NCBI GenBank assembly: GCA_050260395.1 | Contig: JBLNCC010000083.1 | Span: 17,592-81,591, forward strand | Direction: 5' to 3' | DNA from: Betaproteobacteria bacterium | GTDB lineage: Bacteria; Bacillota; SHA-98; UBA4971 | DNA length: 64,000 nt | Shown here: positions 35,229-45,476 of the stretch, piece by piece | Layout of the letters: each line of letters starts with the position of its first letter | How positions within the stretch are numbered: position 1 is the stretch's first letter | The notes under the pieces: model-generated | Database searches by the model: none | Told to the model about the DNA's origin: nothing | What the model saw: the letters and a program-made list of their open reading frames with translations, nothing else | Position numbers and translations under genes: made by a program

Positions 35229-36635
35229 TCATCCCTCCTTTGAGATGGCCGCGCGCCTGCGGCGGGCCCATTGTACGGGCGAGATCATGCGAACCGGCCG
35301 GTCCATGATTCTGGAAAGAAGCAGCAGCGATACCAGGCGGACACACGTGCCCGCGTAGAAGGTGAGCTGAATCCCGAACGTCCTGTAGAACACGTCGCCG
35401 AGGAAGGGGGCAACGAAGGTCGCAACGTTTATCATCATATTGAACACCGCGACCGCGCTTGCGCTCCTGCCGGGTTTCGCGTACGCAAGAGCCAGGTTGA
35501 ACACGGCAAGGTTGATGCCGCCCATGCAGAACCCCGATATAAGCTGCATCCCGTAAAGGTACGACACCGACCGCGAAAGCATATAGGCGGCTGGGAAGAC
35601 CGCCATCCCCGCCATGCAGATGAGCAGGACGATCCTATTGCCTCGGCGCGACACCACTCTTCCCCAGTACACTGAGCCCACGACCGTGGCGATCCCAGCG
35701 AGCGTTGCAAACGCGCCGATCGTGGCGTTGGAGAGGGACAGGACCTCGACGTGGTAGATAGGCCACATCGCGGCAGTGAACCCGAACCCGAACCAAAGCA
35801 TGAAGCAGCTCAGTGAGAAGAATTTGAACTTGTGGCCGTATTCCTCGTCCGTGAGAAGGTCCCTCACCCTGGATATGAGGCCTTGGCTCGCTTCCTGCCC
35901 TGCCTTCTGAGGCGGGACCACCTCCCGCATCCTCGACATAAAGGCAATCCCAAGACCGCCAAAGCACGCGGCGATGATGAAGAGGAGCAAGTAGTTGGCC
36001 GGGAAGCCCACACTATCCAAAAGGTACCCGGCCGCGAGCGTCCCCAGGACGCTCGTCAGCCCGATGCACATGTTCCTGAGCCCGAACACCTCGCCCCGCC
36101 GGTTCTCGGGAAACATGTCGCCCACCATGGCGGTCCAGGCCACACCCGAGATGGCGCCAGGCACGGACATAAGGGTGACCACGGCCACGAGCACCGCGGC
36201 CTTGCCCCCCTGGAGCGCGGGCAGAAACGGGATGAACGCCAGGGGAACGTAAAGTAGCCTGTGTAGACCCGCCCACAGAAGAACCACTGGAAGACGAGCC
36301 CTGCGTCTTTCAACCAAGCTCGCGGCAGGAAGGAAGACCAGCGCGTTGGCCAGCGCCGGAGCGGCTGTGAGCAGCGCCACAAGGAGGCTCGACGCCCTCA
36401 GGGCGATCGCGTACACCCCGAGGAAAGGGTTGACGAGACCGAAGGCAGTGTTGGTCGCCATTCCCTCAAGGGTCGTGTATATGAAATTGTGGCGCACCGT
36501 GCTTGTCGGCCTCGCTCGACGGCCGAGCGTCCGGCGGCGCAAGCCGAGGCGGACCGGGCGCAAACGCCCGTCCGCCTCCTGCCGGCCGCGTCTCGCGGCA
36601 AGCCCGCTGAACTTGAGGCCTTTATCAACGGACAT
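35229..36635 (-). CDS. MFS transporter
   Basis: About 12 predicted TM segments. MFS loop motif: MVGDMFPENRRGEVFGL. ATG 36635 lies 14 nt after the upstream stop. Confidence 0.8.
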   Translation of the reverse strand: MSVDKGLKFSGLAARRGRQEADGRLRPVRLGLRRRTLGRRARPTSTVRHNFIYTTLEGMATNTAFGLVNPFLGVYAIALRASSLLVALLTAAPALANALVFLPAASLVERRRARLPVVLLWAGLHRLLYVPLAFIPFLPALQGGKAAVLVAVVTLMSVPGAISGVAWTAMVGDMFPENRRGEVFGLRNMCIGLTSVLGTLAAGYLLDSVGFPANYLLLFIIAACFGGLGIAFMSRMREVVPPQKAGQEASQGLISRVRDLLTDEEYGHKFKFFSLSCFMLWFGFGFTAAMWPIYHVEVLSLSNATIGAFATLAGIATVVGSVYWGRVVSRRGNRIVLLICMAGMAVFPAAYMLSRSVSYLYGMQLISGFCMGGINLAVFNLALAYAKPGRSASAVAVFNMMINVATFVAPFLGDVFYRTFGIQLTFYAGTCVRLVSLLLLSRIMDRPVRMISPVQWARRRRAAISKEG

Positions 36636-36649
36636 GACGACTTACACCC

Positions 36650-37729
36650 TCAACCAGCAGATTTCCTTCTTCCATCGCTCCGGCGCGTCCCGCCGTGCAG
36701 GTAACTCGCAGCAACCGCCACGGCCCCGACCAGGAGCGTCAGGTAATAGGTAAGGCCTCTCCAAAGAAGCACGAACACGCCGAGGAGCCTGAACGGCACT
36801 ATCGACCCGAAGAGCACGGCCAGGCTTGCTTCGGCAGCTCCGCTCGACCCCGGCGTCGGGGCGTATGCCGCGGCAAGATAGAATATGCCCGCGATGCCCA
36901 TGGTTTGGGCGAAAGGCGGGTCCATGCCGAGGCCACGAAGCAGGAGCACCGGGATGAAAAACGCCATCGCCCAGCTGAGAAGGCTCAGCGCTGAGATGGC
37001 CACGAGCGCGGGCCTACGCTCGCGGACGAACGTCCTGAAAGCAGCGCGAAAGCCGGCAACCTCCGCCTTCAACTTCTCAAGGAACGAATCCGCCGCATGG
37101 GCTGGGATGATCCGCCTGACACGTCTGTTGCGGAGGACACGCCCCAGGACCGTCCCGACGGATTCCGGATAAAGGGCAAAGAACCCCATGAGCGTCAGGA
37201 CCAGGACATAGAGAACCAATCCGACAAAGAGCGCTGCCTCAAGCCCTCCAGGAAGGTCCCAGGATCTGCGCCCCACGATATACCACACCGGAAACACAAG
37301 CGCCAGGGCAAGCCTCGCGAGGGAGCTCACTATCGTTTTGACCGCGACAACCGCGGTGGATTCCCCTGCCCCGATGCCCTGCCGGTGGAGCAGGTACACC
37401 TGGAGCGGCTCCCCTCCCGTATCAAACGGCGTGACACACGCAACGAACGCCCCGGCAAGAGCTATTCGGAGCGCGCTCATGAACCCGAGTCTGCCCCCGA
37501 GCGCCCTCACGAGCATTTCTATGCGCGCGGCCTCGAGGATCCACCCGACCGCAACCAGCGATCCTGCGACACCGAGAGACACGGGATCCACGCGGAAGAG
37601 GCTCGACCATCCCTCGCGGCCTCCTGTGAGACGCATGATGATGAACATGGCGAACGCGCTGGCAAGGACCGCGCCAGCCGCCCCGCGGACGAGGCTTTTC
37701 GTGCTTCTGGGTGTTCTCGGCTCAGCCAC
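36650..37729 (-). CDS. Flippase-like / lysyl-PG-synthase TM-region family membrane protein (UPF0104)
   Basis: Polytopic. VTPFDTGGEPLQVYLL and YAPTPGSSGAAE match the LPG_synthase_TM family pattern. GTG 37729 lies 13 nt after the radical-SAM stop. Confidence 0.7.
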   Translation of the reverse strand: MAEPRTPRSTKSLVRGAAGAVLASAFAMFIIMRLTGGREGWSSLFRVDPVSLGVAGSLVAVGWILEAARIEMLVRALGGRLGFMSALRIALAGAFVACVTPFDTGGEPLQVYLLHRQGIGAGESTAVVAVKTIVSSLARLALALVFPVWYIVGRRSWDLPGGLEAALFVGLVLYVLVLTLMGFFALYPESVGTVLGRVLRNRRVRRIIPAHAADSFLEKLKAEVAGFRAAFRTFVRERRPALVAISALSLLSWAMAFFIPVLLLRGLGMDPPFAQTMGIAGIFYLAAAYAPTPGSSGAAEASLAVLFGSIVPFRLLGVFVLLWRGLTYYLTLLVGAVAVAASYLHGGTRRSDGRRKSAG

Positions 37730-37742
37730 GTCGTTCCGCCCT

Positions 37743-39050
37743 TCATGCACGTAGAGTCGAACAAGAGATCTCTTCACGCGATGGCGTGAAGCTGCCCACC
37801 CGGAGCCCCGGACACCTGGTGCGGAGTTCTTCGACGAAGGCGTCGATTCCGAGCACACGCCCCTTGGGGCCTGGGAGCGCCGCCGTCAGCACATCGGGGT
37901 CGATGTTCAGGTTGCGAAGCTGTACCATGTCTATGTGTGCTCTTTCAACCAGAGCACACAAGGCGTCCAGCTCCTCCTCGCGGTCGGTTAGGCCGGGAAA
38001 CACGAGGAGGTTCAAAGACACAAAAACCCCTCTCTCCTTCGCGATGGCGAGCGACCTTCGGACGTCGTCCAGCCCGTACCCGCGCGGGCGGTGGTACGCG
38101 TTGTAGATCTCGTGCCTCGCGCTGATGATGCTCACCCTCATGCTGTCGAGACCCGCCGCGCAGACTTTCTCGACGGCGTCCACAAGGCCCGCGTTAGTAT
38201 TCGCGTTTATGAGGCCTCTGTCCTGCACCTCCGCCCTCATCCGCGTGATGGACCGAGCGATGAGGTCAGCCTGAATCAAGGGCTCGCCTTCACATCCCTG
38301 CCCGAAGCTTACGATGGCGTGGGGAGCCTCACGAAGGTGCGGCAAGCCTATCTCGACTATCTCATCAAGCGTGGGAACGAAGTCGATGCGGCTCTGCGGA
38401 GAAGGGCAGCACTCCGCGGGCTGGAGCGAAATACACCCTATGCACGACGCCGTACACGCTGGCGATACCGGGATGCCCGCCTCCCATCGGCGATAAAACA
38501 CGTTTTGCGCTGTGAAGCATCGGTATTCCGTGGAACATTTCGCGAGCTGACGGAGGATCCTATTAGCTGGATGCCCCTTCAACATCGCCTCTATGAGCGA
38601 CGGAAGCTCGGGCGTGTTATAGCTGGCAGGGTCCCACCTCGAAGGCTCGTCCGTCCTGAGCGCCGCGACGTAGGGCTTTCCTTGTTTCATTCCGACCGCG
38701 GTGTATCCGTACAGAGGCAGGGCACGGATTTCACGGCGCCGATCGACCACGTACGCCGGAAGGAGAGTCCGCGTGAACCCGGCCGGAAGGAGCGCCCCCA
38801 CCGCCCACCCCGGCGTCTCCGCTGCGCACCGCTCATCGGTCTGCAGCCATAGGGCGAATGTCTCGCCGTCTTCCGGTCTCATGCCGACCGCCTGGCGCCC
38901 GGGAAGCATGGCAAGGGTGGAGCCGCGCGGAAGGGGGATCATGTCGCCCTCGCGGATATCCCATATTTCGTCCCAGGAGCGACCAAGAGCCGCCAGACTT
39001 CTCTCCTCAAACATGACGCCGTGGTCGTCCACGTACAAAGCCTGAAACAT
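37743..39050 (-). CDS. Radical SAM protein with ~200 aa N-terminal extension
   Basis: Cluster motif CTASCIGC (CX3CX2C), SAM-binding GQGCEGEPL, and NLLVFPGLTD...VQLRNLNIDP. ATG 39050 preferred over ATG 39155. Confidence 0.8.
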   Translation of the reverse strand: MFQALYVDDHGVMFEERSLAALGRSWDEIWDIREGDMIPLPRGSTLAMLPGRQAVGMRPEDGETFALWLQTDERCAAETPGWAVGALLPAGFTRTLLPAYVVDRRREIRALPLYGYTAVGMKQGKPYVAALRTDEPSRWDPASYNTPELPSLIEAMLKGHPANRILRQLAKCSTEYRCFTAQNVFYRRWEAGIPVSPACTASCIGCISLQPAECCPSPQSRIDFVPTLDEIVEIGLPHLREAPHAIVSFGQGCEGEPLIQADLIARSITRMRAEVQDRGLINANTNAGLVDAVEKVCAAGLDSMRVSIISARHEIYNAYHRPRGYGLDDVRRSLAIAKERGVFVSLNLLVFPGLTDREEELDALCALVERAHIDMVQLRNLNIDPDVLTAALPGPKGRVLGIDAFVEELRTRCPGLRVGSFTPSREEISCSTLRA

Positions 39051-39569
39051 GAACGCACGTCCCCAGTCTCTGCCCAAGCAGCCGAGCTGCACTCTCGTCG
39101 CACACGACGGCCACTGGGCCAATCTCGCGGGACAATTATACCCTCCAGGAACCATCCTCGCAAGAAGCTCGGGTCAATACGTCTGAATCGTGTCTATTCG
39201 CTATATGAGTGCGAATATGGGGCATTCACGCTTGCCAGGAATTCTCCGGAAGGAATTCGAGATGTATCATCGAATACTGTCGGGAGGTGAGGCAGCTGAC
39301 GCTATGCCGCACCGCATCGCGTGTTGATTGTGCGTTGCGAGAAAAGTCGCGGGGCGCGGAGCTTGGTGGGTGGTCAACCGGTTGTTTGTGGGTCGTTGCC
39401 CCAAGCGTCTCGGCCTCTAGACTGTTACTGGACGCCGGAAAGGAGTGATAGCCTACTGGTTGCGAGATAGCAGTGCGCTTCTACGTGCAGCTTCCACAAG
39501 ACCGCATTGCACGAGGCAGCTAATGAGGCCTTCGAGTCAAGCGGACGAGAAACCAAGGAGGTATATTGA

Positions 39570-41246
39570 ATGAGAAGAGTGCTTGTTGTGCTCATGGCCG
39601 CGCTTGTTCTTGCAACCATGAGTGTCGGGCTTGTCAGCGCAGCAAAGCCCCTGCCGAAACTGGTGCTGCTCTCGGGTGACTCCCAGATCGCCAGGCTTTA
39701 CGCCCAGGGCGTGCAGGAAATGATTCGCAAGAACCTTGGTCTCTCCATCGAGATCGAGGCGGTCGACTTCAAGACAAGGCTTCAGAAGATGAGGAACAAG
39801 GACTTCCAGATCGTCTTCGCCGGCTGGGGCGCCGACTACGACGATCCCATGACGTTCCTGGACATGTGGGTTACCGACGGGCCGTTCAATGACGTCATGT
39901 GGAGCAACCCCAGCTACGATAAGCTTATCGATGTGGCGAAGACCTCTCCCGACGAAGCGGTTCGCATGAAAGCCATGTCCCAGGCGGAGAAGATCCTCAT
40001 CGGCGAGATGCCCATAGCGCCTCTGTACTGGCCGGCCTGGAACTTCGTCGAGCATCCGTATGTCAAGAACGTTGTCCGCAAGACCGTCGGCTCCGACTTC
40101 GAGTGGAAGTGGGCCTACACAGAAGGGCGCCCGGGCGGCGACAAGGACCAGTTCCTCCGCCTGAACTTCGGCGAGGAGCCGCCGGATCTCGACCCGGCCA
40201 CGTCCACCGACCAGGTGTCTTTCTGGGTCATCAACGCGACCTATGAGGGTCTCGCGAGGAAGAACCCTGAGATGAAGATCCTCCCTGGCTCCGGCCTCGC
40301 CGAGAGCTGGACGGTCTCGAAGGACCGTAAGGTGTACACCTTCAAGCTTCGCGACGCCAAGTGGAGCGATGGGGTCCCAGTCACCGCGTATGACTTCGAG
40401 TATGGCTGGAAGAGGGTCATTGACCCGCGCACCGCGTCGCAGTACGCGTACATGATGTATGTGATCAAGAATGCTGAGAAAGTCAACGGCATGGAGGTTC
40501 CTGACGACAAGGATCCCAAGAAAGCCGAGAAGAACAAGGCCATCGACGACGCCCTCGCGACAGTGGGAGTGAAGGCGCTCGACGCTAAGACCCTACGCGT
40601 GGAGCTAGAGGCGCCCACTCCGTTCTTCCTCGACCTCATCACCTTCATTACCTACATGCCCAGCCCGAAGCATATGGTGGAGAAGCTCGGTGACGAGTAC
40701 GCCTCCGAGGTCGACAAGATGGTGGCGTGCGGGCCGTTCAAGGTCTCCAAGTGGCAGCACGAGTACAAGATCATCCTCGAGAAGAACCCCAACTACTGGG
40801 ATGCCAAGTCAGTCAAGCTGCAGCGGATCGAGGCCGACATGATCAAGGACATCGCCACCCCGCTGAACATGTTCGACGCGGGAGAGCTTGACTTCGTCGG
40901 TGTCCCTGGAACCTACATCGAGCAGTATAGGAACAAGGGCATGAAGACCATCGCCGAGGCGACCTCATGGTACCTCGAGTTCAACTGCAAACACGAGGTC
41001 TTCAAGAACGCGAAGGTCCGCAAGGCATTCTCCCTCGCCATCGACAGACAGGCCTATGTTGACTACGTGCTGAAGAACGGCTCGTTGCCTGCGACGTCCC
41101 TCGTTCCGCCGACCATTCACGGCAAAGACGGGGTATCGTTCCACGATGTGTACGTTGGCAACCTGTTGCCCACGAAGGCCGATGTCAAGCTGGCTAAGCA
41201 GCTCCTGGCCGAAGGTCTTGCTGAGCTCGGTTACGCCATGCCCTAG
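39570..41246 (+). CDS. ABC transporter substrate-binding protein, family 5 (Opp/Dpp/Nik type), circularly permuted
   Basis: AAGGAGG lies 8 nt before ATG 39570. Signal peptide has no lipobox Cys. Residues ~30-185 match the C-terminal ~155 aa of the canonical paralog at 54160. Residues ~195-558 match that paralog's N-terminal ~370 aa. Confidence 0.9.
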   Translation: MRRVLVVLMAALVLATMSVGLVSAAKPLPKLVLLSGDSQIARLYAQGVQEMIRKNLGLSIEIEAVDFKTRLQKMRNKDFQIVFAGWGADYDDPMTFLDMWVTDGPFNDVMWSNPSYDKLIDVAKTSPDEAVRMKAMSQAEKILIGEMPIAPLYWPAWNFVEHPYVKNVVRKTVGSDFEWKWAYTEGRPGGDKDQFLRLNFGEEPPDLDPATSTDQVSFWVINATYEGLARKNPEMKILPGSGLAESWTVSKDRKVYTFKLRDAKWSDGVPVTAYDFEYGWKRVIDPRTASQYAYMMYVIKNAEKVNGMEVPDDKDPKKAEKNKAIDDALATVGVKALDAKTLRVELEAPTPFFLDLITFITYMPSPKHMVEKLGDEYASEVDKMVACGPFKVSKWQHEYKIILEKNPNYWDAKSVKLQRIEADMIKDIATPLNMFDAGELDFVGVPGTYIEQYRNKGMKTIAEATSWYLEFNCKHEVFKNAKVRKAFSLAIDRQAYVDYVLKNGSLPATSLVPPTIHGKDGVSFHDVYVGNLLPTKADVKLAKQLLAEGLAELGYAMP

Positions 41247-41267
41247 TGTGGGATAGGTGGGATCACA

Positions 41268-41385
41268 AAGCCGGGTTTACCGGCTTGGAATCTCTGAGGA
41301 AACTGTGTCCACGGGTATTCCCCGCATAGGAGTATCGAAAGGAAGGCAGCGGGGCCCTGCGCCAGGAGAGCAGGGCCTTGCTGCC
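41268..41385 (+). other. Two stem-loops between the SBP gene and the first permease gene
   Basis: First: AAGCCGG-GTTTA-CCGGCTT (41268-41286). Second: GGCAGCGGGGCCCTGC-N9-GCAGGGCCTTGCTGCC (41345-41385, 16 bp including two G-U pairs). Neither has a U-tract. Confidence 0.7.
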
Positions 41386-41456
41386 GTATGATGCGGTCAT
41401 GCGGTTATTCGAAACATGCGCACGGCGCGCGTGACCGTAGCAAAGGAGTGGGTGTT

Positions 41457-42383
41457 TTGGGACGCTACATAGTCAGGCGGTTCGGGCTGATGCTTGCCGC
41501 GCTGTGGGTAATCGTCACGGCCACCTTTTTTCTCATGCACGCCATCCCGGGCGATCCCTTTCTTGGAGAGAAGGTAACCGAGGCGATCCGCCAGAACATG
41601 TTGCGCAAGTACGGCCTCGACAAGCCCCTCTGGGAGCAATACGTGATTTATCTGGGAAACCTCTTGCGCGGGGATTTCGGCACCTCCTTGAAGATGCTTC
41701 ACCGCTCGGTGAACGACATGATCCGTGACGGGTTCCCCGTCTCGGCATCTCTAGGCCTTGAGGCGCTGGCATACGCGGTGACGCTCGGCCTCTTACTCGG
41801 CACCGTTGCCGGGTTTCGGCATAACACGTGGCTGGACTACCTTGCGATGTTCGTGGCACTCATAGGCATATCGGTGCCTGGGTTCATCATGGGCGGCCTT
41901 ATGCAGTACGTTATCGGCCTCAAGCTCAGATTGCTTCCGATAGCCCGATGGGAGGGTTTCAAGTATACGATCATGCCCGCCGCTGCCCTGGGGCTTGGCA
42001 CACTCGCGGTAATGGCGAGGATGATGCGCACGAGCGTGCTCGAGGTCACAAGCCAAGACTATATCAAGACCGCGAAAGCTAAAGGCCTCTCGCAGAGGGA
42101 GATCGTCCTCCGCCACGTGCTGCGGAACGCCATCCTCCCCATCGTGACCATCCTCGGGCCGCTCACAGCAGGCATCGTAACAGGCAGCTTCGTCATCGAG
42201 CTGATCTTTGGGATACCGGGGCTCGGCAAGTATTATGTGCAGAGCATCTTCAACCGGGACTACACCCTCATCCTAGGAACGACGATTTTCTACGCCGTTC
42301 TCCTCGTGTTCCTGAACTTCCTGGTTGACGTCGCGTACGGTATCATAGACCCGAGGATCCGGCTCATGAGAAGCAGGGAGTGA
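41457..42383 (+). CDS. ABC peptide/nickel transporter permease (OppB/DppB type)
   Basis: ORF trimmed to TTG 41457 (AAGGAGTG 6 nt upstream). N-terminus RYIVRRFGLMLAALWVIVTATFFLMHAIPGDP. EAA-loop region: DYIKTAKAKGLSQREIVLRHVLRNA. Confidence 0.9.
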   Translation: MGRYIVRRFGLMLAALWVIVTATFFLMHAIPGDPFLGEKVTEAIRQNMLRKYGLDKPLWEQYVIYLGNLLRGDFGTSLKMLHRSVNDMIRDGFPVSASLGLEALAYAVTLGLLLGTVAGFRHNTWLDYLAMFVALIGISVPGFIMGGLMQYVIGLKLRLLPIARWEGFKYTIMPAAALGLGTLAVMARMMRTSVLEVTSQDYIKTAKAKGLSQREIVLRHVLRNAILPIVTILGPLTAGIVTGSFVIELIFGIPGLGKYYVQSIFNRDYTLILGTTIFYAVLLVFLNFLVDVAYGIIDPRIRLMRSRE

Positions 42384-43315
42384 TGAGATTGGCATCTACG
42401 CAAGAGATAGCGCAGGACATGTTCGAACCCCTCCAAATCGGCACGGGGGAAGGGGAAGCCATCACGCGCCCCCCTATAAGCTACTGGCGTGAGGTGGTGA
42501 GGCGCTTCAGGCGCAACCGCCTTGCCGTGGTGGGCCTCGTCATCCTGATAGCCCTTGTGGCGTTCGCGTTCGTAGGGCCGTTTGTTACGTCCTGGGATCC
42601 CAGGGAACAGAGCTTGTTCGACACGAACAAGCCTCCCTCCGCGGAGCACTGGTTCGGCACGGACAACCTCGGACGCGACATATTCGCAAGGCTGTGCTAC
42701 GGCATCAAGGTCTCGCTCTTCGTAGGGATCATGGCCGCCCTCATCGATCTTGTGGTGGGTGTGATCTACGGTGGGATCTCAGGATACTTCGGTGGAGTAG
42801 TAGACGACGTGATGATGAGGATTGTGGACATCCTGTACGGCATCCCTTATATCATCGTCGCCATCCTCCTCCTCGTAGTCATCGGTCCCGGTCTTTGGTC
42901 GGTGATCCTAGCCATGACCATCACCGGGTGGGTCGGTATGGCTAGGCTCGTGCGTGGACAAGTGCTCCAGCTTAAGGAGCAGGAGTTCGTGCTGGCCGCG
43001 CGAGCGCTCGGAGCAAGCCACCTCGGGATAATCCTTCGGCACCTCATCCCCAACGCCATGGGAGTCATCATCGTTCAGATGACCTTCACGATCCCGAGCG
43101 CTATATTTGGCGAAGCGTTCTTGAGCTTCATTGGGCTTGGAGTGCCGCTGCCCCTCGCCAGCCTCGGCACAATGGCCAACGACGGGTATCAATATCTTAG
43201 GATATACCCCTATCAGCTGATCATCCCGGCAATCGCCATCATCATGACCATGCTCGGGTTCAACTTCGTGGGCGACGGCCTGCGGGATGCGCTCGACCCG
43301 AAACTGCGGAGGTGA
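42383..43315 (+). CDS. ABC peptide/nickel transporter permease (OppC/DppC type)
   Basis: HWFGTDNLGRDIF and EFVLAARALGASHLGIILRHLIPN are typical of OppC. Start is ATG 42383 (or GTG 42380), overlapping the upstream stop. Confidence 0.9.
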   Translation: MRLASTQEIAQDMFEPLQIGTGEGEAITRPPISYWREVVRRFRRNRLAVVGLVILIALVAFAFVGPFVTSWDPREQSLFDTNKPPSAEHWFGTDNLGRDIFARLCYGIKVSLFVGIMAALIDLVVGVIYGGISGYFGGVVDDVMMRIVDILYGIPYIIVAILLLVVIGPGLWSVILAMTITGWVGMARLVRGQVLQLKEQEFVLAARALGASHLGIILRHLIPNAMGVIIVQMTFTIPSAIFGEAFLSFIGLGVPLPLASLGTMANDGYQYLRIYPYQLIIPAIAIIMTMLGFNFVGDGLRDALDPKLRR

Positions 43316-43320
43316 GAAGG

Positions 43321-44372
43321 ATGGCTGAGGAAAGGTTGCTCGAAGTCAGGAACCTCGAGGTCTCCTTCTACACCTACGCTGGCAAAGTGCACGCGGTTCG
43401 CGGCGTGTCGTTCCACGTTGACAAGGGGGAGACCTTGGCGATAGTCGGCGAGTCCGGCTGCGGAAAGACCGTCTCGGTGCAGTCGGTCATCAAGCTCATT
43501 CCCATGCCCCCGGGGAAGATCGAAGGGGGCACGGTGCTCTTCGACGGCAAAGATCTCACCGCCATGAGTGACCGGGATCTCCAGAGCGTGAGGGGCGCTG
43601 AGATCGGCGTCATATTCCAGGACCCCATGACTTCCCTGAACCCTACTATGACGGTGGGCAGGCAGATCACCGAAGGCCTCATCAAGCACCAGAAGCTCTC
43701 GGCGCAGGAGGCGAAGCGGCGGGCCATCGAGATGCTGTCGCTGGTCGAGATACCGAACCCAAACGAGAGGTTCCGTCAGTATCCTCACCAGTTCAGCGGC
43801 GGCATGAGACAGCGCGTGATGATCGCGATCGCGCTCTCGTGCAACCCGAAACTCCTCATCGCGGACGAGCCTACCACGGGCCTAGACGTAACCATCCAGG
43901 CCCAGATACTCGACCTCATGAAGAGCCTGCAGACGAAGCTCGACACGTCCATAATCCTGATAACCCATGACCTCGGCGTTGTCTCTAAGCTGGCAGACAG
44001 GATAGTGGTCATGTACGCCGGAAAGGTCGCTGAGGCCGGCACCTCCGAGGACATTTTCTATAACGCTCAGCATCCGTACACCCAGGCGCTTCTGAAATCT
44101 GTGCCCAGGCTCCACGAAGAGACCAAGAGGGAGCTGCTCGCCATACCCGGCACGCCTCCGGATCTTTTCGTCCCCCCGAAGGGATGCGCCTTCGCACCGC
44201 GTTGCAGCTATGCGATGAGAGTGTGCCTGGATCACCAGCCCGGGGACTTCACAGCGGGCGAGAACCACACTGTGGCCTGCTGGCTTATGGACCCAAGAGC
44301 CGCACGTGTCAGGGAAAGACACGCCGCCGGCGGGGCGGAGGACTCCGGTGCCAGAGGAGGCGCGACAAGGTG

Positions 44373-44373
<1 letters not shown>
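43321..44373 (+). CDS. ABC transporter ATP-binding protein (OppD/DppD type)
   Basis: Walker A GESGCGKT, signature FSGGMRQR, Walker B LLIADEPTTGLD, and a C-terminal oligopeptide-type extension. ATG 43321 follows GGAGGTG. Confidence 0.92.
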
Positions 44374-45338
<965 letters not shown>

Positions 45339-45367
45339 GGTCACCTCTATTAGAAAGCACCCGCCGC

Positions 45368-45406
45368 GCGGCCCGGCAGTCGCTAGTCGCTGGGCCGCGT
45401 TTTGTT
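45368..45406 (+). terminator. Rho-independent terminator candidate after the ABC operon
   Basis: GCGGCCC-N17-GGGCCGC followed by GTTTTGTT, 30 nt after the stop. Confidence 0.5.
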
Positions 45407-45476
45407 CCCGCGGTTCCGCCGCGCGCCCGCACAAGACCTGCGAGACGGGGGACCGGGCCTCCCGCCCGAGTGCGGC

